Program-made: the position numbers and the translations under genes
Assembly (NCBI GenBank): GCA_036278915.1
Contig: DASUKB010000001.1
Location: forward strand, 237,186-301,185
Source of the DNA: Patescibacteria group bacterium
GTDB lineage: Bacteria > Patescibacteriota > Doudnabacteria > UBA920 > O2-02-FULL-48-8
DNA length: 64,000 nt
Direction of reading: 5' to 3'
The notes under the pieces: model-generated
Database searches by the model: none
Seen by the model: only the letters and a program-made list of their open reading frames with translations
What the model was told of the DNA's origin: nothing
Shown here: piece by piece, positions 10,344-20,336 of the stretch
How positions within the stretch are numbered: position 1 is the first letter of the stretch
Layout of the letters: every line of letters starts with the position of its first letter

Positions 10344-11261
10344 ATGTATAAAAAAGCGGTTTTGGCAGTGACAGTATTGGCAATCATATTTATATCTACG
10401 CCCAGGAAAAACCTTTCCTCGGGTTCAGAGTCGCGCGTATCCGCCGCTTCAAATACTGCTATCCAAGCCGCGCCAGCGGTAAAACCTTCACCAAAGCTTC
10501 CAAGTAAATTAGGTGAAGTTCCGCTTCCGCAAACATCAGCCAAGGCGATATTGGCTTTGGATCTCGAGACAAATGAGAAGCTTCTGGAGCAACATGCTGA
10601 CGAAAAATTGCCCACTGCCAGCCTAACCAAACTTATGACTGCAATGGTGGTCTCGGATACGGTTTCTGAAACTGATGTGGTTACCATCCAGAAACCCGAT
10701 GTACAGGTTGAATGTTCTTGCATGGGTCTTGTGGCAGGCGAACAGATCACGGTTGAAAATTTGCTGAAAGGCCTGTTGATCCCTTCCGGAAACGATGCGG
10801 CGCAGGCTTTAGCGCGATTTGCGGGAGGCGACAGCGTCCAGAATTTTGTTTATCTGATGAACCAAAAAGCAGAAACGCTGGGATTGTCGTCGACGCACTT
10901 TTCCAATCCAGTGGGGCTGGACAGTCCGGGTAATTATTCCACTGCCAATGATTTGGCGAAAATTACTGAAAGCTTCCTCAAGTATCCGGAACTGGAAAAA
11001 ATCGTAGCTACGGCCGGGGTAAATGTTTCGTCAGTGGACGGCAAAATCGTGCACAAACTGCGTACGAGCAATAAACTTTTACTCACGGATTCCGATGTTG
11101 TCGGCGTCAAAACTGGTTACACAGACGAGGCGCAGGGAAATCTGATTGTGAAAATCGAACGGGATAAAGCCCAGGTCCTAACGGTTGTGCTCAACACCCC
11201 GGATCGCGAAGGAGACACGCAAAAAGTAATTGATTGGATATTTGCGGAATACTCGTGGTAA
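10344..11261 (+). CDS. dacA: D-alanyl-D-alanine carboxypeptidase (serine-type, PBP5-like)
   Basis: SxxK (SLTKLM), SxN (SGND) and KTG (VKTGYT) motifs plus a signal/anchor sequence. Confidence 0.8.
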   Translation: MYKKAVLAVTVLAIIFISTPRKNLSSGSESRVSAASNTAIQAAPAVKPSPKLPSKLGEVPLPQTSAKAILALDLETNEKLLEQHADEKLPTASLTKLMTAMVVSDTVSETDVVTIQKPDVQVECSCMGLVAGEQITVENLLKGLLIPSGNDAAQALARFAGGDSVQNFVYLMNQKAETLGLSSTHFSNPVGLDSPGNYSTANDLAKITESFLKYPELEKIVATAGVNVSSVDGKIVHKLRTSNKLLLTDSDVVGVKTGYTDEAQGNLIVKIERDKAQVLTVVLNTPDREGDTQKVIDWIFAEYSW

Positions 11262-11339
11262 ACGCGCGGGCTTATTTTGAGATAACTCAATACTAAAGTA
11301 AGTACTAAAGTCCTTACTAAATATTGCATATGCCTGTGT

Positions 11340-11381
11340 TGAATGGCATGTTTTGGCAATTTGTGTCTATTGTGGTATAAT
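11340..11381 (+). promoter_or_regulatory. extended -10 promoter (TGgTATAAT) flanked by the 7-bp inverted repeat ATTGTGG/CCACAAT
   Basis: tattgtggtataataaatcataaattgttgtccacaatgg upstream of mraY. Confidence 0.4.
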
Positions 11382-11448
11382 AAATCATAAATTGTTGTCC
11401 ACAATGGCCGAAATTGCTTATAAAATGACGAAACAAAACGCATAAATT

Positions 11449-12477
11449 ATGGAATTGACCGCTACAATTATAAAAATTTTCAGCCTGGCTGCGATGTCGT
11501 TTATTTTGGCAATTTTGCTGACACCGCTCTGGACTGACTTTTTGTACAAGCACAAGATAGGCAAAACTATACGTACCGGGAAAACTCCGGTATTTACAGG
11601 CCTGCACGCGCATAAGGCCGGCACGCCGACTATGGGCGGAGTGCTCATCTGGTTTACAACCCTTGCTTTAGCTGGCGGATTTTGGTTTTTGGATCGCGTG
11701 GCGCACATTGATTATTTTCATTATTTAAATTTCTTGACTCGCGCCCAGACGCTGCTGCCTTTGGGTGTACTGCTGCTTACGGCCCTAATGGGACTTTTGG
11801 ATGATTACTTGGGCATCAAAAGTTTCCGCGGCTTGCGCATGCGGTACCGGCTGATGTTTTACTCCATCATCGCGCTCTTAGGCGCCTACTGGTTTTATTA
11901 TAAGCTTGGTTTTGACGTGTTCCGAATACCGGGTATGGGCAATTATAATTTAGGGTTATGGTATATACCGTTTTTTATATTTGTGGTTATAGCCACCAGC
12001 TTTTCCGTGAACGAAACCGACGGTTTGGACGGTTTAGCCGGCGGCGTGCTTGCTGTTTGCTTTTTTGCGTACGGGGTAATTGCCTTTTTCCAGGGCCGAT
12101 ACGAACTCACAGCAATGACCGGCGTTTTGGGCGGAAGTCTCCTGGCTTTCTTATGGTTTAATATTTACCCGGCTAGATTTTTTATGGGTGATACAGGCGC
12201 AATGTCTTTGGGTACTGTCCTGGCCGTGATAGCTTTTTATACCAATTCGGTATTCGTGTTGCCGATTATTGGATTCATTCTTGTGCTCGAATCCGGGTCC
12301 GTCATAGTGCAGATAAGCTCAAGGATTATTTTCCACCGCAAAATTTTCCTGTCCACGCCGATCCACCACCACTTGGAAGCTTTGGGCTGGCCGGAAACGA
12401 AAGTCACTATGCGGTTTTGGATTATTTCGGCCATGGCCGCGGTAGTTGGGGTGGCAATCAATCTCATAGGGCGCTAA
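11449..12477 (+). CDS. mraY: phospho-N-acetylmuramoyl-pentapeptide transferase
   Basis: 10-TM GT4 family protein with DDYLGI and NETDGLDGLAGG motifs. Confidence 0.9.
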   Translation: MELTATIIKIFSLAAMSFILAILLTPLWTDFLYKHKIGKTIRTGKTPVFTGLHAHKAGTPTMGGVLIWFTTLALAGGFWFLDRVAHIDYFHYLNFLTRAQTLLPLGVLLLTALMGLLDDYLGIKSFRGLRMRYRLMFYSIIALLGAYWFYYKLGFDVFRIPGMGNYNLGLWYIPFFIFVVIATSFSVNETDGLDGLAGGVLAVCFFAYGVIAFFQGRYELTAMTGVLGGSLLAFLWFNIYPARFFMGDTGAMSLGTVLAVIAFYTNSVFVLPIIGFILVLESGSVIVQISSRIIFHRKIFLSTPIHHHLEALGWPETKVTMRFWIISAMAAVVGVAINLIGR

Positions 12478-12484
12478 CTTTTTT

Positions 12485-14047
12485 ATGTACGACATTCTCA
12501 TTAAAAACGGTGAAGTGGTGGATGGCCTGGGCAAATCCCAAATCCGACGGGATGTGGCTATTGAGCGCGGACACATAGCCGATATTTCCGAAAATATTTC
12601 CGAATCTAAAGCCAAGCAGGTTTTGAACGCTTCTGGCAAAATTGTCGCACCGGGATTTATAGATATCCAAAACCATTCAGATTCCTATTGGACGCTTTTT
12701 GATCACCCGGCAGCCGAAAGCCTGCTCTCGCAAGGGATTACAACTATAATTGTGGGCAACTGCGGTTCGTCGGTGGCGCCGCTTACGAGTGCTGAGGCTA
12801 TAAAGACCATCCAGAAGTGGCACAATTTGGCCGGAGTGAACATCAATTGGTCATCGTTTGCGGAATTTCTACGCAATCTTGAAGGACGGATCGGGGTCAA
12901 CGTCGGCAGTTTAGTCGGGCATGCCACTATTCGCCGCGGTTTGGTGGGCGACGCGGTACGGCCCGCGACCTTTGACGAGATCCGGATCATGGACAAATTG
13001 CTCTGGCAGGCATTAAGCCAGGGTGCGTTCGGTTTGTCTATGGGCTTGGTTTACGCGCACGAAGTCAATTCGCATACCGGCGAACTCATGGAACTGGCAC
13101 AAAATCTCAAAGTTCGCGATGCTTATCTGTCCGTGCATCTGCGCTCCGAGGGCACGCATATTTTGGAAAGCCTGGATGAAGTTATAGAAATTGCCAAACG
13201 ATCGGAAGTGGCGCTCAAAATTTCCCACTTTAAAATCCGCAAATCCAAAAATTGGCATCTTGCCGAGAATGTTCTCAAGAAACTGGAAGATGCTTACCAC
13301 AAGGGACTTAACGTAAGCTTCGATGTCTACCCTTACGACACGACCTGGGCCGTGCTCTATACGTATATGCCGAAATGGGCGTACGAAGGCGGGCGCGCGG
13401 AAATTTTGAAGGTATTGGCAGATCCTTTGCAGCGGAAAAAAGTCTTGGAATTCCTCAAAACGCAGGAGCATGATTATAGAAAAATCATTATTGCGACATC
13501 GGAGGGGGCTACGGGATTTGTCGGTAAATCGGTGTCAGACATAGCACAAAATTCCGGTGTTTCAGAAACTGAAGCACTGCTAAATGTATTGGCGGCTACG
13601 GCAACCCAAGCCATAAGCTTTGACCAGAATTTGTCTTTTGGGGTCGTTGAGCAGTTTATGAGTTCGCCGCTCGCAATGATCGCAACCGATGGAGCGGGTT
13701 ACGGAACGCGCAGTTCCCCGAATCTGGTGCACCCTCGATGCTTTGGCGCGATGCCTAAATTTTTATCTTGGGCCCGCGATTCAAAGAAACTTTCCCTGCC
13801 GGAGGCTGTTAAAAAGATTACAAGCCAGCCGGCGAAGCTTTTGGGTTTGTCTGATCGAGGAGTTTTGGATACAAGCTCCATAGCGGATGTGGTCGTGTTT
13901 GATCCAAAAAATATACGCGATCTTGCCACTTATGCCGACCCTTACAAGTTTTCAGCCGGAATTGAACATGTTTTGGTCAACGGCAATCTTGCATATTCGG
14001 GAGCAAAATTTTTGGGTAAGTTCGGAGCGACATTGAGAAAATCCTGA
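12485..14047 (+). CDS. amidohydrolase, N-acyl-D-amino-acid deacylase (D-aminoacylase) family
   Basis: IKNGEVVDGLG...IAPGFIDIQNHSD metal-binding start; about 520 aa. Confidence 0.7.
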   Translation: MYDILIKNGEVVDGLGKSQIRRDVAIERGHIADISENISESKAKQVLNASGKIVAPGFIDIQNHSDSYWTLFDHPAAESLLSQGITTIIVGNCGSSVAPLTSAEAIKTIQKWHNLAGVNINWSSFAEFLRNLEGRIGVNVGSLVGHATIRRGLVGDAVRPATFDEIRIMDKLLWQALSQGAFGLSMGLVYAHEVNSHTGELMELAQNLKVRDAYLSVHLRSEGTHILESLDEVIEIAKRSEVALKISHFKIRKSKNWHLAENVLKKLEDAYHKGLNVSFDVYPYDTTWAVLYTYMPKWAYEGGRAEILKVLADPLQRKKVLEFLKTQEHDYRKIIIATSEGATGFVGKSVSDIAQNSGVSETEALLNVLAATATQAISFDQNLSFGVVEQFMSSPLAMIATDGAGYGTRSSPNLVHPRCFGAMPKFLSWARDSKKLSLPEAVKKITSQPAKLLGLSDRGVLDTSSIADVVVFDPKNIRDLATYADPYKFSAGIEHVLVNGNLAYSGAKFLGKFGATLRKS

Positions 14048-15321
14048 TGCTTGAAGATTTAAAAGGCAAAAAAATCGCAATCGTGGGCTTTGGCACCAAC
14101 AATCGCAAACTTGCGGCATTTTTTGCAAAGCACGGGGTTGAGTTTGAGACAATAGAAAACTGGGGACTGAATTCCAGCCTGATTGGCCGGCTGGATTCAT
14201 ACGATGTCATTTTCCGCACGCCGGGGCTTCCTTACAATTCGCCTGCCATCCAGCAGGCCAAACAAAAAGGCGTGGAGGTTTCGAGTCAAACCAAATTATT
14301 TTTTAAACTTTGTCCCGCGGCAATTATTGGCGTGACGGGCACTAAGGGCAAGGGTACGACCTCAACGCTCATCGCGCGGATTCTGTCCGCCGCGGGCGGA
14401 TCCGCCCCTGGCAGAGAAATAACTTACGATCGGGTCTGGCTCGGCGGTAACATCGGAGTGGATCCGTTTGAGTTTATAGATGAAATTAAAGCCTCCGATT
14501 TGGTGGTTTTGGAACTGTCCAGTTTTCAACTGCAGGATCTGCAAACGAGTCCGCACGTGGCCGTGGTGCTTAACATTACCGCGGACCATTTGGATCCATC
14601 CGGCTCGTATGAATCGCCTTCGCACGCAAGTCTTGAGGAATACACAAATGCCAAATTGCAAATTGTTGCGCACCAGACGGAAAAAGATTTTGCGGTAATG
14701 TCGCATGAGCTGCCGGAGAGCGCCCATATAGGCAAGGGCAGAAAAATTATTTTTTCGCCTGCAGATGTGGCGGATTTTGAATACAATTTAATTGGCAAGC
14801 ACAATTTAGAAAATATCGCAGCTGCCGTGGCCGTGGGTAAAATTTACGACGTGCCGGAAGAAAAGATGCGAGCGGCTGTCTTGGCTTTCAAAGGCTTGCC
14901 GCACCGATTGCAGATTACAATGCAAAAAGACGGAATCACTTATGTGGATGATTCCGTAAGCACTAACGAGGATTCGACGATTGCCGCAATCCGCGCGTTT
15001 GCCGGGCCTTTGATTTTGATTGCCGGAGGCTCAAGCAAGGGATTGGATTACAATAAGCTTGGGCAGGTTATAGTCTCAAGTCCAAACCTGAAAGCCTTGG
15101 TTCTGGTAGGGCAGGAAGCGGACAAGATTTCGAAAGCCGCGGCTGGATTTCGCGGAAAGATTTTTACAGGCGCAAAAAGTATGGAGGAGATTGTAAGGCA
15201 GGCAAAAAGTGCCGCTGTCTCAGGAGATACAATTTTGCTTTCGCCGGCCGCAGCCAGTTTTGATATGTTCACAGACTACAAGGACCGCGCCGCTCAATTT
15301 GCCGAGGAAATTTCCAAATGA
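14047..15321 (+). CDS. murD: UDP-N-acetylmuramoylalanine--D-glutamate ligase
   Basis: Mur ligase P-loop GVTGTKGKGTTS; position between mraY and ftsW. Confidence 0.8.
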   Translation: MLEDLKGKKIAIVGFGTNNRKLAAFFAKHGVEFETIENWGLNSSLIGRLDSYDVIFRTPGLPYNSPAIQQAKQKGVEVSSQTKLFFKLCPAAIIGVTGTKGKGTTSTLIARILSAAGGSAPGREITYDRVWLGGNIGVDPFEFIDEIKASDLVVLELSSFQLQDLQTSPHVAVVLNITADHLDPSGSYESPSHASLEEYTNAKLQIVAHQTEKDFAVMSHELPESAHIGKGRKIIFSPADVADFEYNLIGKHNLENIAAAVAVGKIYDVPEEKMRAAVLAFKGLPHRLQITMQKDGITYVDDSVSTNEDSTIAAIRAFAGPLILIAGGSSKGLDYNKLGQVIVSSPNLKALVLVGQEADKISKAAAGFRGKIFTGAKSMEEIVRQAKSAAVSGDTILLSPAAASFDMFTDYKDRAAQFAEEISK

Positions 15322-16430
15322 AAATTAAACGACTCCCAAAAGTAGACCGCGGCTTGCTCTGGGTTATTTTGATTCTTCTGGCTTTTGGCTTGGTCAGTTT
15401 GTATTCGGCGTCGTCCGTGCTCTCCAGCCAAAGATTCGGAAATAATTATTATTATTTTGTCCGGCAAATTGGATTTGGCGCAATACCAGGACTGATTGCA
15501 ATGTATGTTTTGTCGCGGATTGACTACCACGTCTGGCAAAAATTAGCGCCATTGCTCATTGTCGGCGGCGTAGGCCTGTTGGTGGCCGTGCTTTTGCCGG
15601 GGATTGGACTCCGCGTTGCTGGCGCCAGGCGCTGGATCAATTTGCAATATTTTTTGTTCCAACCAGCGGAATTCGTCAAGCTCGCCGTAATTTTCTATCT
15701 GGCGAGTTGGTATGACAAACGCCAGCAGCACACCCACGACCTGTATTACGGCTTCCTGCCAATTTTGACAATTGTGCTTATCGTGTCCGGGCTTATAATT
15801 TTGGAACCGGATTTGGGGACTATGCTTGTGCTTATTGCCATTGCTGCGGTAATGTTCTTTTTGGGCGGAGTGCGCCTGCGCTATCTGTTTGGCACAGCAG
15901 TGGTCGGAAGCATGGTCTTGTGGCTGGCCATTAAGGCTGCGCCTTACCGGGCTTCCCGTTTGCTGGCATTTTTTAATCCGCAAGCCGATGCCCAGGGCGT
16001 TTCGTACCAAATCAATCAGGCGCTCTTGGCCATAGGAAGCGGCGGCTTTTGGGGCCGAGGATACGGCCAATCTTTGCAGAAGCAAAATTATCTGCCGGAA
16101 ACTATCGGCGACTCCATTTTTGCCGTAATTTCGGAAGAGATGGGCTTTGTGAGAATTCTGGCCGTGCTGATTGGATTTCTGTTTCTGGCGCTCCGTGGTT
16201 TCCGCGTGGCGCTGAAGGCGCCCGACACATTTGGAAGGCTTGTGGCAGCCGGGATTACGTCGTGGATTGTCATGCAGGCTATCATCAATATCGGAGGCAT
16301 CACGGCCGTCATTCCGCTGACAGGAATTCCTCTGCCGTTCATTTCATACGGCTCCACGGCCATGGCCATGAACTTGGGCGCACTTGGAATTTTACTTAAT
16401 ATTTCACGATACACCGGCAAAAGAGCATGA
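15318..16430 (+). CDS. ftsW: FtsW/RodA/SpoVE family peptidoglycan glycosyltransferase
   Basis: 10-TM SEDS protein; LLAIGSGGFWGRGYGQS motif. Confidence 0.85.
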   Translation: MKIKRLPKVDRGLLWVILILLAFGLVSLYSASSVLSSQRFGNNYYYFVRQIGFGAIPGLIAMYVLSRIDYHVWQKLAPLLIVGGVGLLVAVLLPGIGLRVAGARRWINLQYFLFQPAEFVKLAVIFYLASWYDKRQQHTHDLYYGFLPILTIVLIVSGLIILEPDLGTMLVLIAIAAVMFFLGGVRLRYLFGTAVVGSMVLWLAIKAAPYRASRLLAFFNPQADAQGVSYQINQALLAIGSGGFWGRGYGQSLQKQNYLPETIGDSIFAVISEEMGFVRILAVLIGFLFLALRGFRVALKAPDTFGRLVAAGITSWIVMQAIINIGGITAVIPLTGIPLPFISYGSTAMAMNLGALGILLNISRYTGKRA

Positions 16431-18415
16431 ATAGATTCCATAAAAAATTAGACGATAGAGAAATCTTGAATAATTCAGAATTTTTGATAATGCCGAAAAT
16501 TCCCGCGGCCGAAACTCCGAAGTTAGGCAAAAGACCCGGCAAGTGGAACCTTATTCGTTTTGCCGCCACTTTATTGGTGTTCACTTTGCTTCTTCAGGCG
16601 GCAGAATATCTGTCTTCCGCGCAGCACGCACAGGGGGAGATTTTAGGTGCGGCCACAAGTGCGTATGATGATTTAAGCGGCGCGCAGGCATCACTTACCA
16701 GTCAGGACTTCAATGGCGCGAAAAACCAATTCAGCCAGGCGCTGGATAATCTGCAATCCGCACAAAGCAAGCTCGATGGCTTTAAAGCCTTGGAACTTGT
16801 GGCGCCGCAGGCCAAAGGTGCCGCACATGTTTTAGCCGGCGCGCAATATTTGGCCCAGGCTGGAGCGAAACTTACAGATGCGCTGGGAATCTTTGATAAG
16901 CTAAATGTTTCGAGCAGCGGCGTGGCAGATGCCAACTTCAGCCAGGTCCTTTTGCAAAACAGAGATCTCGTTTCGTCATCTCTGAACCTTCTCACCCAGG
17001 CCGGTGCAGAATTTGACCAGGCTAGTGGGTTGCCCTCGGATTACTCGGCGACCTTGCAGGCGGCCCGCGACCAGATATCGGTTCTCACGGGACTTTTGCA
17101 GAATCTTTCTGATTTGGAGGATATCTACTTGGGTTTTTTTGGCAACGGACCGAAAGTTTACCTCTTGGCATTCCAAAATTACGATGAAGTCCGCGCTACC
17201 GGAGGGTTTATAGGAACTTATGGCGTGCTTAAAATCAATAGCGGGCAGATCCAGGATTTAAAAATTGACAGCATTTATGATTTGGACGGACACATCTACT
17301 CCAATACCGCAGCTCCTGGGCCGTTCCAGCCGGCTATACAGAAATGGGGGATTCGCGATGCCAATTGGTTTGCGGATTTTCCGACATCCGCGCGCAAACT
17401 TTTGGAATTTTTTGAAGCCGGTTCGCAAACCGCGGACGGCGTGGTCGCGGTCACGCCTGCAATTTTTGAAGACTTGCTTAAAGTCACAGGCCCAATTAAT
17501 ATGCCGTCTTACGGGGTAACCATTACCGCTGATAACTTCCAACAGGTGGTGCAATTTAAGACATCGGTGGACTACGACCGCACGCTCAACCAGCCCAAAC
17601 AGATGCTGGCGGATTTTGCCCCTATGCTTTTAGACCGATTGTCGAACCTTTCGCGCGACCAGTGGCTTGCGCTTTTGCAGGATATGGAACAGAATTTAAT
17701 CCAAAAACAAATTTTACTTTACAGCACGGATCCGAATCTTGAACAGAAAATCACAGATCTTAAGGTCGCAGGAAACATTGAGCAGACCGATTTTGATTAT
17801 TTCAACGTGGTCAATACCAATCTCGGCGGCACCAAGACGGACCTTTCGGTCAAACAGACTGTTTCGCTTTCGGCAAAAGTTTTATCCGACGGCTCGGTTA
17901 TGGACACTGTCAAAATTGACCGTGCGAATACCTCAAGTCAAGTCAATAAAGATTATTTGCGCGTGCTTGTGCCAGACGGCGCAACCTTGATTTCTTCCAC
18001 CGGGTTTGACCCGGGAGATTTCAACTCATCGCAGGCGCAGGGTTTGCAGACTGATCCGGAGCTGGCGGCTTGGGACAAGGGGACACTTTCGGGGCAGACG
18101 TTTATACGCACCGAGTCCGGCAAAACGGAATTCGCTGGCTGGCTGAATTTAGAAAGCGGAGCAGATAAAGCAATTACGCTTGTCTACATGTTGCCTAAAA
18201 AATTAAATATAAGTTTTTTGCACCCGAGTGACTCGTATTCTTTGCTTTTCCAAAAACAAGACGGAGTTTTGCCGTACGATTTTTCCGCCTCACTCGACGT
18301 GGGAAATTTCAGCCCGAAATGGGAGACCGCAGATGCAGCGGCGGACTCGCGCAAGATAAATTTTAAATACACCACGGGTTCAGACCAGTATTGGGGCATC
18401 GCAGTGTCCAAATGA
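16427..18415 (+). CDS. DUF4012-like large extracytoplasmic protein anchored by an N-terminal TM
   Basis: RATGGFIGTYGVLKI motif, which I recall as characteristic of DUF4012; embedded in the cell-wall cluster. Confidence 0.5.
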   Translation: MNRFHKKLDDREILNNSEFLIMPKIPAAETPKLGKRPGKWNLIRFAATLLVFTLLLQAAEYLSSAQHAQGEILGAATSAYDDLSGAQASLTSQDFNGAKNQFSQALDNLQSAQSKLDGFKALELVAPQAKGAAHVLAGAQYLAQAGAKLTDALGIFDKLNVSSSGVADANFSQVLLQNRDLVSSSLNLLTQAGAEFDQASGLPSDYSATLQAARDQISVLTGLLQNLSDLEDIYLGFFGNGPKVYLLAFQNYDEVRATGGFIGTYGVLKINSGQIQDLKIDSIYDLDGHIYSNTAAPGPFQPAIQKWGIRDANWFADFPTSARKLLEFFEAGSQTADGVVAVTPAIFEDLLKVTGPINMPSYGVTITADNFQQVVQFKTSVDYDRTLNQPKQMLADFAPMLLDRLSNLSRDQWLALLQDMEQNLIQKQILLYSTDPNLEQKITDLKVAGNIEQTDFDYFNVVNTNLGGTKTDLSVKQTVSLSAKVLSDGSVMDTVKIDRANTSSQVNKDYLRVLVPDGATLISSTGFDPGDFNSSQAQGLQTDPELAAWDKGTLSGQTFIRTESGKTEFAGWLNLESGADKAITLVYMLPKKLNISFLHPSDSYSLLFQKQDGVLPYDFSASLDVGNFSPKWETADAAADSRKINFKYTTGSDQYWGIAVSK

Positions 18416-20031
18416 GCAACGACATCTACCGCAACCACAAAAGCCACGTTGGATCCGCGGCGATTATCATCGCTGTCTTTACGCTGCTTTCAAAAATTAT
18501 GGGTTTGGCGCGAGACGCGATTTTTTCCCACCAATTCGGCACCAGCACAATAATTGACGCATACTTTGCCGCATTTCGGATTCCGGATTTTGTATTTAAT
18601 CTTTTGATCTTGGGCACGTTTTCTGTGGCGTTTATTCCGATTTTTTCCGAATACCTGCTTAAAGATGAAAAAGCCGCAAACAGGCTTGCCTCCAGCATCA
18701 TCAATGTCACGTTGATGATGATTTTGGGTTTGAGCGTGTTGGCTCTTATATTTATAAACCCTTTGGTTTCGGCCATTGCGCCAGGCTTCACAGGTCAGGC
18801 CAGGGAACTTACAAAGCAATTCACCGAAATCTTCCTGCTCTCGCCGATTTTTTTGACCTTGTCGTCTATAACCTCAAGCATGCTCAACACCCACAAGCGG
18901 TTTGCGATAGTGTCGGCAGCGCCTCTAATTTATAATGCCTCCATAATTTTAGGCGTGCTTGTGCTGTACCCGAAATTTGGGGCCATGGGCCTGGCATTTG
19001 GAGTGGTCATTGGCGCTTTTCTTCACTTTGCTATCCAACTGCCGCAATTGTTTGGCCTGGGATTCCACTACAGAACAAAAATCGATGTGCATCAGGCCGG
19101 ATTTGTGCAATTTTGGAAGCTGTATTGGCCGCGAATTTTTTCTATGGGCACGGGTCAAGTGACTCTCCTAGTTGCCAGCATTTTCGGTTCTTTCTTAGGT
19201 GTGGGCAGTCTTTCGGCCTTTTATTATGCCAACAACCTGCAGGGAGTTTTCCTAAGCATCTTCGCGGTGTCAGCCGCCTTGGCTGTGTTCCCGACCATGT
19301 CGGATTTGTATAATGAAAAAAAATTAGACGGGCTCAAGGACGTAATTGCGCACACGACAATGCAGATTTTGTACTTTATAATCCCGCTGTCCGTGCTTAT
19401 GCTTATTTTGCGCGCGCAAATCGTACGCTTGGTGCTAGGTATTGGGCAGAACACGTCTTTTACTTTTGCCGACGTGCGTATAGTCGCAGCGACCCTGGGT
19501 TTGTTTGTCATCTCTATGTTTGCGCAGGGACTGATTGCGCTTTTTACGCGCGCATTCTACGCCATGCAAAATACGAAAATTCCCGTGATTGTAAGTTTCA
19601 TTACTATTGCTTTGAACATCGTACTCACGGCGATTTTGGTGCATAAGTACGGCGTGCCAGGACTGGCGCTGGCGTTTTCCATCACAAGTCTTTTGGAACT
19701 TTTGATTTTGATGATGGAACTGCATTTCAAACTTGGCCACATTCACGACGAATACCTCATAGTCGGCAGTCTTAAAATTATCATCAGCTCGCTTATAGGC
19801 GCGATTCTGGCCTACATAATGCTCTATGTAGCCGCGTCGTTTGTGCATACCAACACATACTTTGGATTGCTTGGACAGGCCGTAATATCTGGCCTGTCAG
19901 GTGTCGCTGGATTTTTGGCCATCAGTTGGGCTATGGGAGTTTCGGAAACGCACAATATAATTTCCGTGTCTAAAAACGTAGTTGCCAAGGCCGGCAAACC
20001 GTTTGCATACATTTGGAGTATGTGGTCATAA
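18412..20031 (+). CDS. murJ: lipid II flippase MurJ/MviN
   Basis: 14-TM MOP family; N-terminus LLSKIMGLARDAIFSHQFG is MurJ-typical. Confidence 0.85.
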   Translation: MSNDIYRNHKSHVGSAAIIIAVFTLLSKIMGLARDAIFSHQFGTSTIIDAYFAAFRIPDFVFNLLILGTFSVAFIPIFSEYLLKDEKAANRLASSIINVTLMMILGLSVLALIFINPLVSAIAPGFTGQARELTKQFTEIFLLSPIFLTLSSITSSMLNTHKRFAIVSAAPLIYNASIILGVLVLYPKFGAMGLAFGVVIGAFLHFAIQLPQLFGLGFHYRTKIDVHQAGFVQFWKLYWPRIFSMGTGQVTLLVASIFGSFLGVGSLSAFYYANNLQGVFLSIFAVSAALAVFPTMSDLYNEKKLDGLKDVIAHTTMQILYFIIPLSVLMLILRAQIVRLVLGIGQNTSFTFADVRIVAATLGLFVISMFAQGLIALFTRAFYAMQNTKIPVIVSFITIALNIVLTAILVHKYGVPGLALAFSITSLLELLILMMELHFKLGHIHDEYLIVGSLKIIISSLIGAILAYIMLYVAASFVHTNTYFGLLGQAVISGLSGVAGFLAISWAMGVSETHNIISVSKNVVAKAGKPFAYIWSMWS

Positions 20032-20336
20032 GGCGCTCGGGAGAAATTTTTGTCGGACACCAGCCCGACTGGACGTCAGTCTGGCGGGCGGCCGCTTCGG
20101 GCGGCTTAAAGTGCTCAATATTGGAAAGTCTCGCACGTTGTCCTCCAGAATTTTTGCTGTGTTGTCAACCCAGTAGAAATTCGATAATGCTTCGCATTTC
20201 TAGAATCGAATTTCACTACTGGGCAGGTATAGGCGTTTAGGGTATAATAAACGCGTAAAGAATTGTCATCCTGAACGCAGTGAAGGATCCTACGTGAGAT
20301 TCTTCGGCTTCGCCTCAGAATGACAATATTATTTAT

